From: Candidatus Poriferihabitaceae bacterium
GTDB taxonomy: Bacteria > Pseudomonadota > Gammaproteobacteria > Arenicellales > Poriferihabitantaceae
Direction: 5' to 3'
Length of the DNA stretch: 64,000 nucleotides
NCBI GenBank assembly: GCA_965249035.1
Contig: CBDFKV010000007.1
Location: 640,313-704,312 of the forward strand
The notes under the pieces are model-generated. The model was not told the DNA's origin and searched no databases. It saw only the letters and a program-made list of their open reading frames with translations. Within the stretch, counting starts at the first letter, position 1. Every line of letters begins with the position of its first letter. Of this stretch, positions 31,057 through 43,413 are shown one piece after another. Position numbers and translations under genes: made by a program.

Positions 31057-31857
31057 CTACACTCGTCCAAGGGCAAATCCCTTGGCAATGTGATTACGCA
31101 CAAAATAGATAACGAATGCGCCCGGGATGATCGTCAAAGTGCCCGCGGCCGCCAGCAGCCCCAACTCGTAACCGGCAGTGCTGGCTGTTCGCGTCATGGT
31201 CGCGGCGATGGGTTTGGCGTAAACCGAAGTCAGGGTTTTTGCTAATAGCAGTTCCACCCACGAATACATAAAGCAAAAGAAGGCAACCACACCGATCCCC
31301 GCCGCGATTGTAGGAATGAATATCTTGACGAAAAAATGTGAAAACGAATAGCCATCTAGAAACGCCGTTTCATCCAGCTCTTTCGGGACACCTGACATAA
31401 AGCCTTCCAATATCCAAACTGCCAAGGGAATATTAAATAGGCAATGCGCCAATGCGACCGCAATGTGCGTATCGAACAAGCCGACTGCAGAGTAAAGCTG
31501 GAAAAAAGGCAAGGCGAAAACGGCCGCGGGTGCCATGCGATTGGTGAGTAACCAAAAGAACAGATGCTTATCACCCAAAAACCGATACCGTGAGAATGCG
31601 TAAGCTGCGGGTAACGCCACCAATAAGGAAATCACCGTGTTCATGACCACATAGGTAATTGAGTTCAGATAGCCGTTGTACCAAGTGGGATCAGTAAATA
31701 TTTTCTGATAGTTGGCCAGAGTGAATTCTTGCGGCCACAACGAAAACACACCCAGAATCTCATTGGTCGTTTTAAACGACATATTGATCAACCAATAGAT
31801 CGGCAGCATCAAAAAGATAATGTAGATGATCGGCAATAGGGATTTAAATTTGGTCAT
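31057..31857 (-). CDS. Carbohydrate/polyol ABC transporter permease
   Basis: 266 aa, MalG/UgpE-like with an EAA loop (DETAFLDG). Confidence 0.88.
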   Translation of the reverse strand: MTKFKSLLPIIYIIFLMLPIYWLINMSFKTTNEILGVFSLWPQEFTLANYQKIFTDPTWYNGYLNSITYVVMNTVISLLVALPAAYAFSRYRFLGDKHLFFWLLTNRMAPAAVFALPFFQLYSAVGLFDTHIAVALAHCLFNIPLAVWILEGFMSGVPKELDETAFLDGYSFSHFFVKIFIPTIAAGIGVVAFFCFMYSWVELLLAKTLTSVYAKPIAATMTRTASTAGYELGLLAAAGTLTIIPGAFVIYFVRNHIAKGFALGRV

Positions 31858-31859
31858 GA

Positions 31860-32723
31860 TTAATCCTCGTTACGCATCATCAGCGTGTAAAAAACCCAAC
31901 TAACTAACAGCACCACGAAGAAATAGATCAAAGACATGGCCGCAGCCGGGCCTAAATCGAACTGCCCTAAAGCAACTTTGACTAAATCAATCGATAAAAA
32001 GGTGGTGGTATTCCCCGGCCCGCCGCCGGTCAGTACAAAGGGTTCGGTATAAATCATGAAACTATCCATGAATCGCAGCAATATCGCGATGGTCAGGACG
32101 CGTTTCATTTTCGGCAATTGTATCCGCCAAAACACCGCCCAATTGCTAGCGCCATCAATCTTTGCCGCTTGATAAAAAGCATCTGGAATGGAGCAGACGC
32201 CCGCATAAGCCAGCAAAACCACCAGTGATGTCCAGTGCCAAACATCCATCATTACCGTGGTTATCCATGCGGCGGTCGGTTGCTGGGTAAAATTATAGTC
32301 AATCCCCAGCGCATTAATGCTACGGCCCAATAGGCCGATATCAGGTAGCGCAAAAATATTCCACATCGCACCCACCACATTCCAAGGAATTAACAAGGGT
32401 AAAGCCATCAAAACCAGACATACCGAGACCCAAGGACCCTTCCTTGGCATCGCCAAGGCAACCGCAATCCCTAGTGGAATTTCAATCGCCAGGATCATGC
32501 CAGTAAAAGCCAATTGACGAAGAAATGCCGCATGGAATCGTTCCGAATTTAGAACCTCCTCGAACCATCTCACCCCTTCCCAAAAAAACACATTATTGCC
32601 AAACGTTTCCTGCACTGAGTAGTTCACTACCGTCATCAACGGGATCAGTGCATTAAAAGCGACCAGCAAAACAACGGGGATCACAAAAAACCAGGCTTTC
32701 TGATTAGTGGTTTTATTAATCAT
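31860..32723 (-). CDS. Carbohydrate/polyol ABC transporter permease
   Basis: MalF/UgpA-like (AAKIDGASNW EAA loop). Start taken at Met21 of the track ORF, because the track start (TTG at 32783) would overlap the upstream ATPase by 50 nt. Confidence 0.85.
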   Translation of the reverse strand: MINKTTNQKAWFFVIPVVLLVAFNALIPLMTVVNYSVQETFGNNVFFWEGVRWFEEVLNSERFHAAFLRQLAFTGMILAIEIPLGIAVALAMPRKGPWVSVCLVLMALPLLIPWNVVGAMWNIFALPDIGLLGRSINALGIDYNFTQQPTAAWITTVMMDVWHWTSLVVLLAYAGVCSIPDAFYQAAKIDGASNWAVFWRIQLPKMKRVLTIAILLRFMDSFMIYTEPFVLTGGGPGNTTTFLSIDLVKVALGQFDLGPAAAMSLIYFFVVLLVSWVFYTLMMRNED

Positions 32724-32733
32724 AATAGGGGCC

Positions 32734-33813
32734 TCAATTGGCTGCCCAGCTATCGACATAGAGCCGGGTTTTACTCGGGTCAAACACGATATGCGCTTGT
32801 TCGCTAGGTATCGTCTGATCTTCGTTAGCTATCAGCTTGATCGAATATTCCTCATGTTTAACTTCTACGATTCGATGTCGCCCCAAGTCATTAACTTTAA
32901 TAATTTCCACTGGAAAGCTTGACTCGTCCTGGCCTGCGTCGAACTGGATAAATTCTGGCCGAATACCAACCTCAAACGTGCCGCTTAGCTTTTCTGGCGA
33001 ACTGATTGGCACTGTTTTTATGGCGTTCGCACCAAATCGAACCTCTCCATTATTGAGTGTCACGGGCAAGATATTCATCCCTGGTGAGCCAATAAAATGT
33101 CCCACAAACGTGTGCTGAGGGTGCTCGAACAATTCGACGGGCGTGCCTATTTGCACCACAGTGCCGTCGTACATCACCACCACTTGATCAGCAAATGTCA
33201 GTGCTTCGGTTTGATCATGGGTGACGTAGATCATGGTTGAGCCAACACGTTGGTGCAGCTCTTTCAGTTTTGAGCGCAGCTTCCATTTCAGGTGTGGGTC
33301 GATCACGGTCAACGGCTCATCAAACATAATGACGTTGACATCCTTACGCACCAAACCGCGGCCTAACGATATTTTCTGTTTGCCGTCAGCGGTGAGGCCT
33401 GAGGCTCGAGTTTGCAATACGTCTTCAAGCTCCAACATTTCTGCGATCTCGGTCACCCGCTGATGGATTTCCGGTTCTGCAAACTTTCGATTCCTAAGTG
33501 GGAATGCAAGATTGTCGTAAACACTCATGGTGTCGTAGACGACCGGGAATTGAAATACCTGTGCAATTTGCCGTTCTATGGTCGGCATATGCGTCACATC
33601 TACCTCATCAAATAGAATGCGGCCTTCTGAAGGCGTGAGCAAGCCTGAGATAATATTCAACAGCGTCGTTTTGCCACAGCCAGATGGCCCCAGTAAGGCA
33701 TAGGCACCACCGTCATCCCAAACCGTATTGATTTCCTGCAGTGCGTAGTCATCATCACTGCTCGGATTGGGAAGGTAGCTGTGCTTGAGTTGCTGTAGGC
33801 TAATTTTGGCCAT
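32734..33813 (-). CDS. ABC transporter ATP-binding protein (MalK/UgpC-like)
   Basis: 359 aa. Walker A GPSGCGKTT, Walker B IMFDEP, C-terminal TOBE-like domain. Confidence 0.9.
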   Translation of the reverse strand: MAKISLQQLKHSYLPNPSSDDDYALQEINTVWDDGGAYALLGPSGCGKTTLLNIISGLLTPSEGRILFDEVDVTHMPTIERQIAQVFQFPVVYDTMSVYDNLAFPLRNRKFAEPEIHQRVTEIAEMLELEDVLQTRASGLTADGKQKISLGRGLVRKDVNVIMFDEPLTVIDPHLKWKLRSKLKELHQRVGSTMIYVTHDQTEALTFADQVVVMYDGTVVQIGTPVELFEHPQHTFVGHFIGSPGMNILPVTLNNGEVRFGANAIKTVPISSPEKLSGTFEVGIRPEFIQFDAGQDESSFPVEIIKVNDLGRHRIVEVKHEEYSIKLIANEDQTIPSEQAHIVFDPSKTRLYVDSWAAN

Positions 33814-33873
33814 CTTATTGGTAGAGTGTCTGGAAGTTAATCATCACTATTGCTCATTCTGGCTCAATTTGGC

Positions 33874-34941
33874 TCAGGCAGAAATCAACTCACCTTGCTC
33901 ACTAAATAGCAAGCTACGAGCGACATCAAAATATAAATCAGCGATCTCATCTACTTGATACGGGTGGACGCCATGCGATTCAGAGACCCAGTTGTTTTCA
34001 CCAAATTTGACATGAATAATAGACTCGGAACCGCTGATCTCTGTCACTAACACGCGTCCTTTAATTTTGATTTTGTGTTCGCCACTGCCTGATGGCGTCA
34101 AATGATGCGGCCGAACGCCCAGTACATAATCACCATCAGGCAAATGTTGAAACCGCTCACCAACCTCCCAGCTTACTGATGCTGGAATTGAAAACTGGCT
34201 GCCGCGTTTGGTAATAGGTGCGATATTGATCGGCGGGTCTGAAAAAACTCCGGCACTGGTGAGATTATTGGGCGTTCGATAAATAGCGGCAGTTTCTCCG
34301 TATTGCACGACTCGACCTTCATGCAAGGTAGCGGTATGTCCGCCCAACAGCAACGCTTCCATCGGCTCGCTGGTGGCGTACACAACCGTCGCCCCGGAAT
34401 CGGCAAACAGCTTGGGTAACTCATCGCGTAATTCTTCACGCAGTTTGTAGTCCAGGTTAGCCAACGGTTCGTCCAGCAGCACCAATTCGGCATTTTTTAC
34501 CAACGCGCGTGCTAAGGCTGTACGTTGTTGTTGACCACCAGATAGCTCACTCGGCATCCGCTCTAGCATTTTATCCAGCTTTAATAGCTCAGCAATTGAT
34601 CTAACTCGCGAGCTGATTTCTGTTTTGGGTATGCCTTGAACTTTAAGTGGGGAGGCAATGTTATCAAACACCGTATAGCTGGGGTAATTAACAAAGGCTT
34701 GGTAGACCATCGCTACGCTGCGCTTTTGCACAGCCACCCCGGTAACATTTTGATCGTCGAACCACACTTCACCTGTCGTTGGTTTTTCCAAGCCCGCCAT
34801 CAACCGCATCAAGGTGGTCTTACCCGATAGTGTCGTACCCAGCAGAACGTTGAACCCGCCTTTAGTCAACCTTAAATCGGTCGGATAAATATGCGTTTCA
34901 GCACCCACTCGCTTAACCACACCTTTTAGCTCAATTGCCAT
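33874..34941 (-). CDS. ABC transporter ATP-binding protein (MalK/UgpC-like, second copy)
   Basis: 355 aa. Walker A GTTLSGKTT, signature LSGGQQQR, Walker B VLLDEP. Confidence 0.9.
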   Translation of the reverse strand: MAIELKGVVKRVGAETHIYPTDLRLTKGGFNVLLGTTLSGKTTLMRLMAGLEKPTTGEVWFDDQNVTGVAVQKRSVAMVYQAFVNYPSYTVFDNIASPLKVQGIPKTEISSRVRSIAELLKLDKMLERMPSELSGGQQQRTALARALVKNAELVLLDEPLANLDYKLREELRDELPKLFADSGATVVYATSEPMEALLLGGHTATLHEGRVVQYGETAAIYRTPNNLTSAGVFSDPPINIAPITKRGSQFSIPASVSWEVGERFQHLPDGDYVLGVRPHHLTPSGSGEHKIKIKGRVLVTEISGSESIIHVKFGENNWVSESHGVHPYQVDEIADLYFDVARSLLFSEQGELISA

Positions 34942-34953
34942 TTACCCATCGAC

Positions 34954-35760
34954 TCACTTATTTTCAGATTGGTTCTTGGCGCATTGAACCTTAATAATGA
35001 CGCCATTCTCTTGACATATTTTTATAAACTCAGCATCTGGCTGGGTATCGGTGATGAAGTAATCCACTTGCGAAATATGGCCAACGCGAACTGGGGCTCT
35101 GCGATTAAATTTCATCCCCTCAGCAACCAGTATTACCGACCTTGAATTACGAATAATCGCCTTCGTAACGCTGACTTCTCGGGCATCATGATCGAGGATG
35201 GTGCCATCATCTTCGATCGCTGAGGCACCAATAATCGCGTAATCAACTTTGTATTGTCCGATAAAATCGGCGGTCGACGCACCCACAATTGCGCCGTCCT
35301 CACGCCGAACAGACCCTCCAGCCGTTACAATTTCAATACCGTCACTTCGACGCAAGGTATTAACCACATTCAGATTATTAGTCACTACCAGCAAGCCCAA
35401 ATGACTGAGCAAATGCTCAGCCACCTGCTCGGTGGTGGTGCCAATATTGATAAATAGTGATGAATCATTGGGTATTAGTGACGCTGCGCATTTGCCAATT
35501 TCATCTTTATTCTCTGCCCCTAATCGCTTTCGGGCATCGTAGCCAAGATGACCGACGGTATCTGCAGCGACTGCACCGCCATGGATACGTTGCAATAATC
35601 GCAGTTGGCACAGCTCGCTTAAATCTCGTCGAATCGACTGCGGCGTTTTATCGAATAGTCGGGCTAAAGATTCAACTAAAACCTTACCTTCCTTACGCGC
35701 CAACTCCAATATATCTTGCTGGCGTTTGCTTAGATTCGGATTGTTGGGGGTATGACCCAT
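34954..35760 (-). CDS. glpR: DeoR family repressor, GlpR-like
   Basis: 268 aa. DeoR HTH N-terminus and sugar-phosphate-binding C-domain. First gene of the glp ABC-glpD-glpK transcription unit. Confidence 0.8.
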   Translation of the reverse strand: MGHTPNNPNLSKRQQDILELARKEGKVLVESLARLFDKTPQSIRRDLSELCQLRLLQRIHGGAVAADTVGHLGYDARKRLGAENKDEIGKCAASLIPNDSSLFINIGTTTEQVAEHLLSHLGLLVVTNNLNVVNTLRRSDGIEIVTAGGSVRREDGAIVGASTADFIGQYKVDYAIIGASAIEDDGTILDHDAREVSVTKAIIRNSRSVILVAEGMKFNRRAPVRVGHISQVDYFITDTQPDAEFIKICQENGVIIKVQCAKNQSENK

Positions 35761-35813
35761 AAGACGCTTACTAGGTACAAAGATTCAGTCTCAAAGTTGA
35801 CTGAGAAAAGATT

Positions 35814-35840
35814 GGGGACGCGCTAGGCGCCCCCATTTTT
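35814..35840 (-). terminator. Rho-independent (bidirectional-looking) terminator after the binding-protein gene
   Basis: GGGGACGC-gctag-GCGCCCCC stem (one G-U pair), with a T-tract on the plus strand (CATTTTT) and TCTTTT on the minus strand. Confidence 0.65.
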
Positions 35841-35903
35841 GAGTAGCTACTCGTTTGGTTATTGTCTTACAACAACACCTTAGAGCTGACTACGCTGGGT
35901 CAA

Positions 35904-37637
35904 TTAACTACTCTGCCAGCGTTTGATTAACTCATCATAGTCAATCGTTTCGCCTTGAGGTTTCTCGTTCTCAAGTTTAGCTTTAGGAGAACCTTCTTTT
36001 TCCAGCCAAACTGTAGGATCCTGCTCCTCGTTCAATCGAGGGCCGCACCCACCATAGGTTTCTGCTTTCTCGTCGGCTGATTGCATACGCGCCATAACTT
36101 GATCCATTTCCGAGGCGAGGCGGTCCATTGCTTCCTGCGGGCTAAATACACCCGAGTTAACGTCACCAATTTGTTGCCACCAAATCTGGGCCAGCTTTGG
36201 GTAATCCGGTACGTTTACGCCAGTAGGAGACCAACGCACACGATCCGGTGAACGATAAAACTCAACCAGCCCACCTAAGCTAGGCGCTCTTTCGGTAAAC
36301 GATTCATGGCGAATATCGCTATCACGAATCGGGGTCAAACCCACATGCGTTTTCTTCAGAGAAACGGTTTTTGAGACAGCAAATTGTGCGTATAACCAAG
36401 CTGCTTTGCGACGATCAACCGGCGTTGAATTAAACAACGTCCAAGAACCGGTGTCTTGATAACCCAACTTTTGGCCATCTTCCCAATACGGGCCATGCGG
36501 AGATGGGGCCATGCGCCATAAAGGCTTGCCGGCTTCATCAACGGTATTGTTACCATTTTCTTGGGAGTCCACCATTGATGAGGTGAACGCGGTGTACCAA
36601 AAAATTTGCTGCGCTACGTTACCTTGCGACAACGCGGGTAAAGACTGGTAAAAGTCGTAACTAGCCGCTCCGGGAGGTGCATATTTACGCAACCACTCAT
36701 CCCATTTACGGATCGCGTATACCGCCGCTGGCGCATTGGTTGCACCACCACGAGAGACAGAAGCACCCACCGGGTTACAACTGCCCTCTTCCATACGGAT
36801 ACCCCACTCGTCGACGGGAATGCCATTTGGCAAGCCTTTGCTGCCAGCGCCAGCCATTGACAGCCATGCATCCGTCATGCGCCAACCCAAATCGGGTGCG
36901 CGCTTGCCGTAATCCATATGACCATAAATTTCAACACCGTCAATTTCTTTCACATGCACGCTAAAGAATTCGGCAATGTCTTCGTAGGCAGACCAGTTGA
37001 CCGGCACACCTAACTCGTAACCGTACAGCTCTTTAAATTGAGCCTTTAATTCAGGACGCTGGAACCAGTCGTAGCGAAACCAATAGAGATTGGCAAATTG
37101 TTGGTCTGGTAGTTGGTAGAGTTTGCCATCGGGACCAGTGGTAAACGAAAGACCCATGAAATCCTCTAAGTCCAGCATGGGGTTGGTTACGTCTTTACCA
37201 TCACCCGCCATCCAGTCAGTGAGATTGGTCGCAAGCTGCAAGCGGGAGTGAGTGCCGATTAAGTCTGAGTCATTGATATAGGCATCGTACAGATTACGCT
37301 TGGTTTGCATCTGCGTCTGCACAGCCTGAACCACTTCACCTTCACCCAGTAATTGATGATTCACCTTGATGCCGGTTATTTCTTCAAATGCTTTGGTCAG
37401 TGTCTTGGATTCGTATTCGTGCGTTGGAATGGTTTCGGATAAAACGTTGATTTCCATTCCCTTAAACGGTGCGGCAGCATTGACAAACCACTCCATTTCT
37501 TTGGCCTGGTCTTGTTTCGACAAGGTCGATGGTTGAAACTCATCATCGATCCATTTACTAGCTTGTGCCATATCCGCAAATGCGGCAGGTTGCGCGGTCA
37601 TCAAGGTGATGGCCACTGCGATTGATAGTGGGCGCAT
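35904..37637 (-). CDS. Large (about 577 aa) ABC transporter substrate-binding protein, probable glycerol-binding component
   Basis: Signal peptide MRPLSIAVAITLMTAQPAAFA. Start at the ATG at 37637, preceded by AGGAGG (the track start is 69 nt upstream). Family-1 solute-binding fold of the size seen in DUF2160-type operons. Confidence 0.85.
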   Translation of the reverse strand: MRPLSIAVAITLMTAQPAAFADMAQASKWIDDEFQPSTLSKQDQAKEMEWFVNAAAPFKGMEINVLSETIPTHEYESKTLTKAFEEITGIKVNHQLLGEGEVVQAVQTQMQTKRNLYDAYINDSDLIGTHSRLQLATNLTDWMAGDGKDVTNPMLDLEDFMGLSFTTGPDGKLYQLPDQQFANLYWFRYDWFQRPELKAQFKELYGYELGVPVNWSAYEDIAEFFSVHVKEIDGVEIYGHMDYGKRAPDLGWRMTDAWLSMAGAGSKGLPNGIPVDEWGIRMEEGSCNPVGASVSRGGATNAPAAVYAIRKWDEWLRKYAPPGAASYDFYQSLPALSQGNVAQQIFWYTAFTSSMVDSQENGNNTVDEAGKPLWRMAPSPHGPYWEDGQKLGYQDTGSWTLFNSTPVDRRKAAWLYAQFAVSKTVSLKKTHVGLTPIRDSDIRHESFTERAPSLGGLVEFYRSPDRVRWSPTGVNVPDYPKLAQIWWQQIGDVNSGVFSPQEAMDRLASEMDQVMARMQSADEKAETYGGCGPRLNEEQDPTVWLEKEGSPKAKLENEKPQGETIDYDELIKRWQSS

Positions 37638-37695
37638 GTTCACGTGCTCCTCCTGATTGGTGGTAGTTTGGTTTGGGTGGCACATAGTATGAGAA

Positions 37696-37761
37696 TCTAT
37701 GTTCATTTACAATTCATATTTAAGTTCGTTCGAAAGATATAGTTAATAAAACGAACATAGA
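37696..37761. promoter_or_regulatory. Cluster of GlpR-type operator half-sites upstream of the binding-protein gene
   Basis: TATGTTCATT (37696), AGTTCGTTCGAA (37723) and AACGAACATA (37750). The last matches the E. coli GlpR half-site AWCGAACATW exactly. Confidence 0.55.
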
Positions 37762-37895
37762 AACCTGTTTGTTAGTCTTAAGAAGGCACCCAAAACCTAA
37801 ATCTTGGCCGCTCACCCCGCCCTAGCTTGCAGATAGAATCCTGCTATTGACGATAAAAATACGCTAGATTTAGGCGTCATTACTGAGAATAAAGC

Positions 37896-39944
37896 ATGAC
37901 CAACCACCTGAAGCACGAAACCAGCCCCTATTTGTTGCAGCATGCCGACAATCCGGTTAATTGGCATCCGTGGAACGAGACTTCACTCCAGCTAGCCCGT
38001 GATTTGGATAAACCGATTCTCTTATCGATTGGATATGCCGCCTGTCACTGGTGCCACGTGATGGCACATGAATGCTTTGAAAATGTTGATATCGCCGCAG
38101 TGATGAACGAGTCATACGTCTGCATCAAAGTGGATCGTGAAGAGCGCCCAGATCTAGATAAAGTCTATCAAACCGCCCACCAATTAATCACCCAACGCCC
38201 TGGCGGTTGGCCCTTAACCCTTGCCCTGACGCCTGATGCGCACGCACCCATCTTTGCTGGAACCTACTTTCCCCCAACGCCGCGAGGAGGCTTGCCTGAC
38301 TTCACTACTGTGTTACGTCAGGTGGAAGCACACTTCCGTGAGCATCGTGACGACATGGGCAAACATGAACTGCAATTTTCTGATGCCTTATCGCAAGTGG
38401 GGGCACACCCACCGGCCAACTCACTGCCGGGTAAACCGCTATTTGAAGAGGCCCGCCAGCAATTAGCACAGCAATTTGATCGCGAACATGGAGGTTTCGG
38501 CAATGAACCAAAATTTCCCCACCCCACTCAAATCAGTTTTTTAATGCGCTATTGGCAACATCAAAAGGGCGAAGGCCACACTGATAAGGCCGCATTGGAC
38601 ATGCCGCTGATTACGCTGAAAAATATGGCCATGCGTGGCTTAAATGATCAGCTCGCCGGCGGCTTTTATCGCTATTCGGTTGACGAACGCTGGGAGATTC
38701 CACACTTTGAAAAAATGGGTTATGACAACGCTCAACTCATGCCTTTGTATGCCGAAGCCTACCAAATCACCCAAGACGCCTATTTTGCGGATATTGCCCA
38801 AAACACCGCAGATTGGATCATCGGTGAAATGCAAGCGCCCGAAGGCGGGTTTTACTCAACTCTTGATGCTGACTCCGAAGGTGAGGAAGGACGATACTAT
38901 GTTTGGTCGAATCAAGAGCTCAAAACTCTGCTCAGCGCCGAACACTATCACCTGGCGAGCACTCTGTATCAACTCGACGACAAACCCAATTTTGAGGGGA
39001 AGTGGCATCTTAATCAATGGCATGATCTAACACCCACTGCCAAGCGCCTAGAGATTAAACCGGAGCTCGCTGCTCATGAATTAGCCACAATCAAACAGTC
39101 TTTATTGGTAGCACGAAACAAACGCATACGCCCCGGGCTGGATGACAAAATTCTCACCTCTTGGAACGCGCTAATGATTAAAGGGCTGGCGACTAGCGCG
39201 CGTATTTTGCAGCGCGATGATTATTATAAAGCCGCCGTACACGCCCTTGATTTCATCCATAGTTCACTGTGGGACGGCGAACGCTTGCTGGCTACGCACC
39301 GCGCGGGAAAATCACACCTGAATGCGTATCTGGATGATTACGTGATGCTCGCCGATGCCTTGCTTTCACTCTGCCAAACCCATTGGGACAGCGCTCAAAT
39401 GAATTGGGCCGTTGGGTTGATGGAACACGTACATAAAGCTTTTGAAGACGATAAAAATGGTGGTCATTTTTTCACCGAACACGAGCACGAACAATTACTT
39501 TACCGGCCCAAACCCGGCTCCGACGACTCAACGCCCTCGGGCAATGGCGTCGCTGCCAATGTCCTTTTGAAACTGGGACATCTGCTCGGACGAACCGACT
39601 TTATCGACAGCGCTGAACGCACCCTACGTTCGTTATCAAACGAATTGCAATCCATGCCTTCAGCACACGCCAGCTTGCTGCTGGCATTGATGCAGATTCG
39701 CTATGAACCACAAACGATCATTATCCGCGGCAAAATCGAAGAAGCGCAACGCTGGAAAACTGAAATTGACGCAGCTTACCAGCCGCTCAACCAGTGCTTT
39801 GCGATTCCTGATGACGTGGTCGATTTGCCCGACGCACTCGCCTTGCGGATACCAAAAAGCCACTGCTGCGCCTATGTCTGCAGCAAGTATAGCTGTAGCG
39901 CACCGATAGACAGTTTGGAAGAACTTAAAGACTTCCTAACTTAA
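37896..39944 (+). CDS. Thioredoxin-domain protein, DUF255/YyaL family
   Basis: 682 aa. SPYLLQHADNPVNWHPW and GYAACHWCHVM motifs, followed by an (alpha/alpha)6-barrel-like region. Confidence 0.88.
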   Translation: MTNHLKHETSPYLLQHADNPVNWHPWNETSLQLARDLDKPILLSIGYAACHWCHVMAHECFENVDIAAVMNESYVCIKVDREERPDLDKVYQTAHQLITQRPGGWPLTLALTPDAHAPIFAGTYFPPTPRGGLPDFTTVLRQVEAHFREHRDDMGKHELQFSDALSQVGAHPPANSLPGKPLFEEARQQLAQQFDREHGGFGNEPKFPHPTQISFLMRYWQHQKGEGHTDKAALDMPLITLKNMAMRGLNDQLAGGFYRYSVDERWEIPHFEKMGYDNAQLMPLYAEAYQITQDAYFADIAQNTADWIIGEMQAPEGGFYSTLDADSEGEEGRYYVWSNQELKTLLSAEHYHLASTLYQLDDKPNFEGKWHLNQWHDLTPTAKRLEIKPELAAHELATIKQSLLVARNKRIRPGLDDKILTSWNALMIKGLATSARILQRDDYYKAAVHALDFIHSSLWDGERLLATHRAGKSHLNAYLDDYVMLADALLSLCQTHWDSAQMNWAVGLMEHVHKAFEDDKNGGHFFTEHEHEQLLYRPKPGSDDSTPSGNGVAANVLLKLGHLLGRTDFIDSAERTLRSLSNELQSMPSAHASLLLALMQIRYEPQTIIIRGKIEEAQRWKTEIDAAYQPLNQCFAIPDDVVDLPDALALRIPKSHCCAYVCSKYSCSAPIDSLEELKDFLT

Positions 39945-39952
39945 GTTCTGGG

Positions 39953-43295
<3,343 letters not shown>

Positions 43296-43413
43296 TTCAC
43301 ACTCACCCTCATCTCGGTTTAATTCGTCTACCGCTGCGCCCACATCATCCATTTGCCACAGTATTATTTAATTCAATCGGTTCGATTATTGCAACCTTAT
43401 CACGCAACGTCAT

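Noticed and set aside
32724-32783. TTG start of the first glp permease, overlapping the ATPase gene by 50 nt
   Set aside because: The internal ATG (Met21, MINKTTNQKAWFF) sits about 10 nt after the ATPase stop and precedes the first TM helix. Note: my hand count of positions on the printed lines here differed by 1 nt from the ORF track, so I used the track arithmetic.
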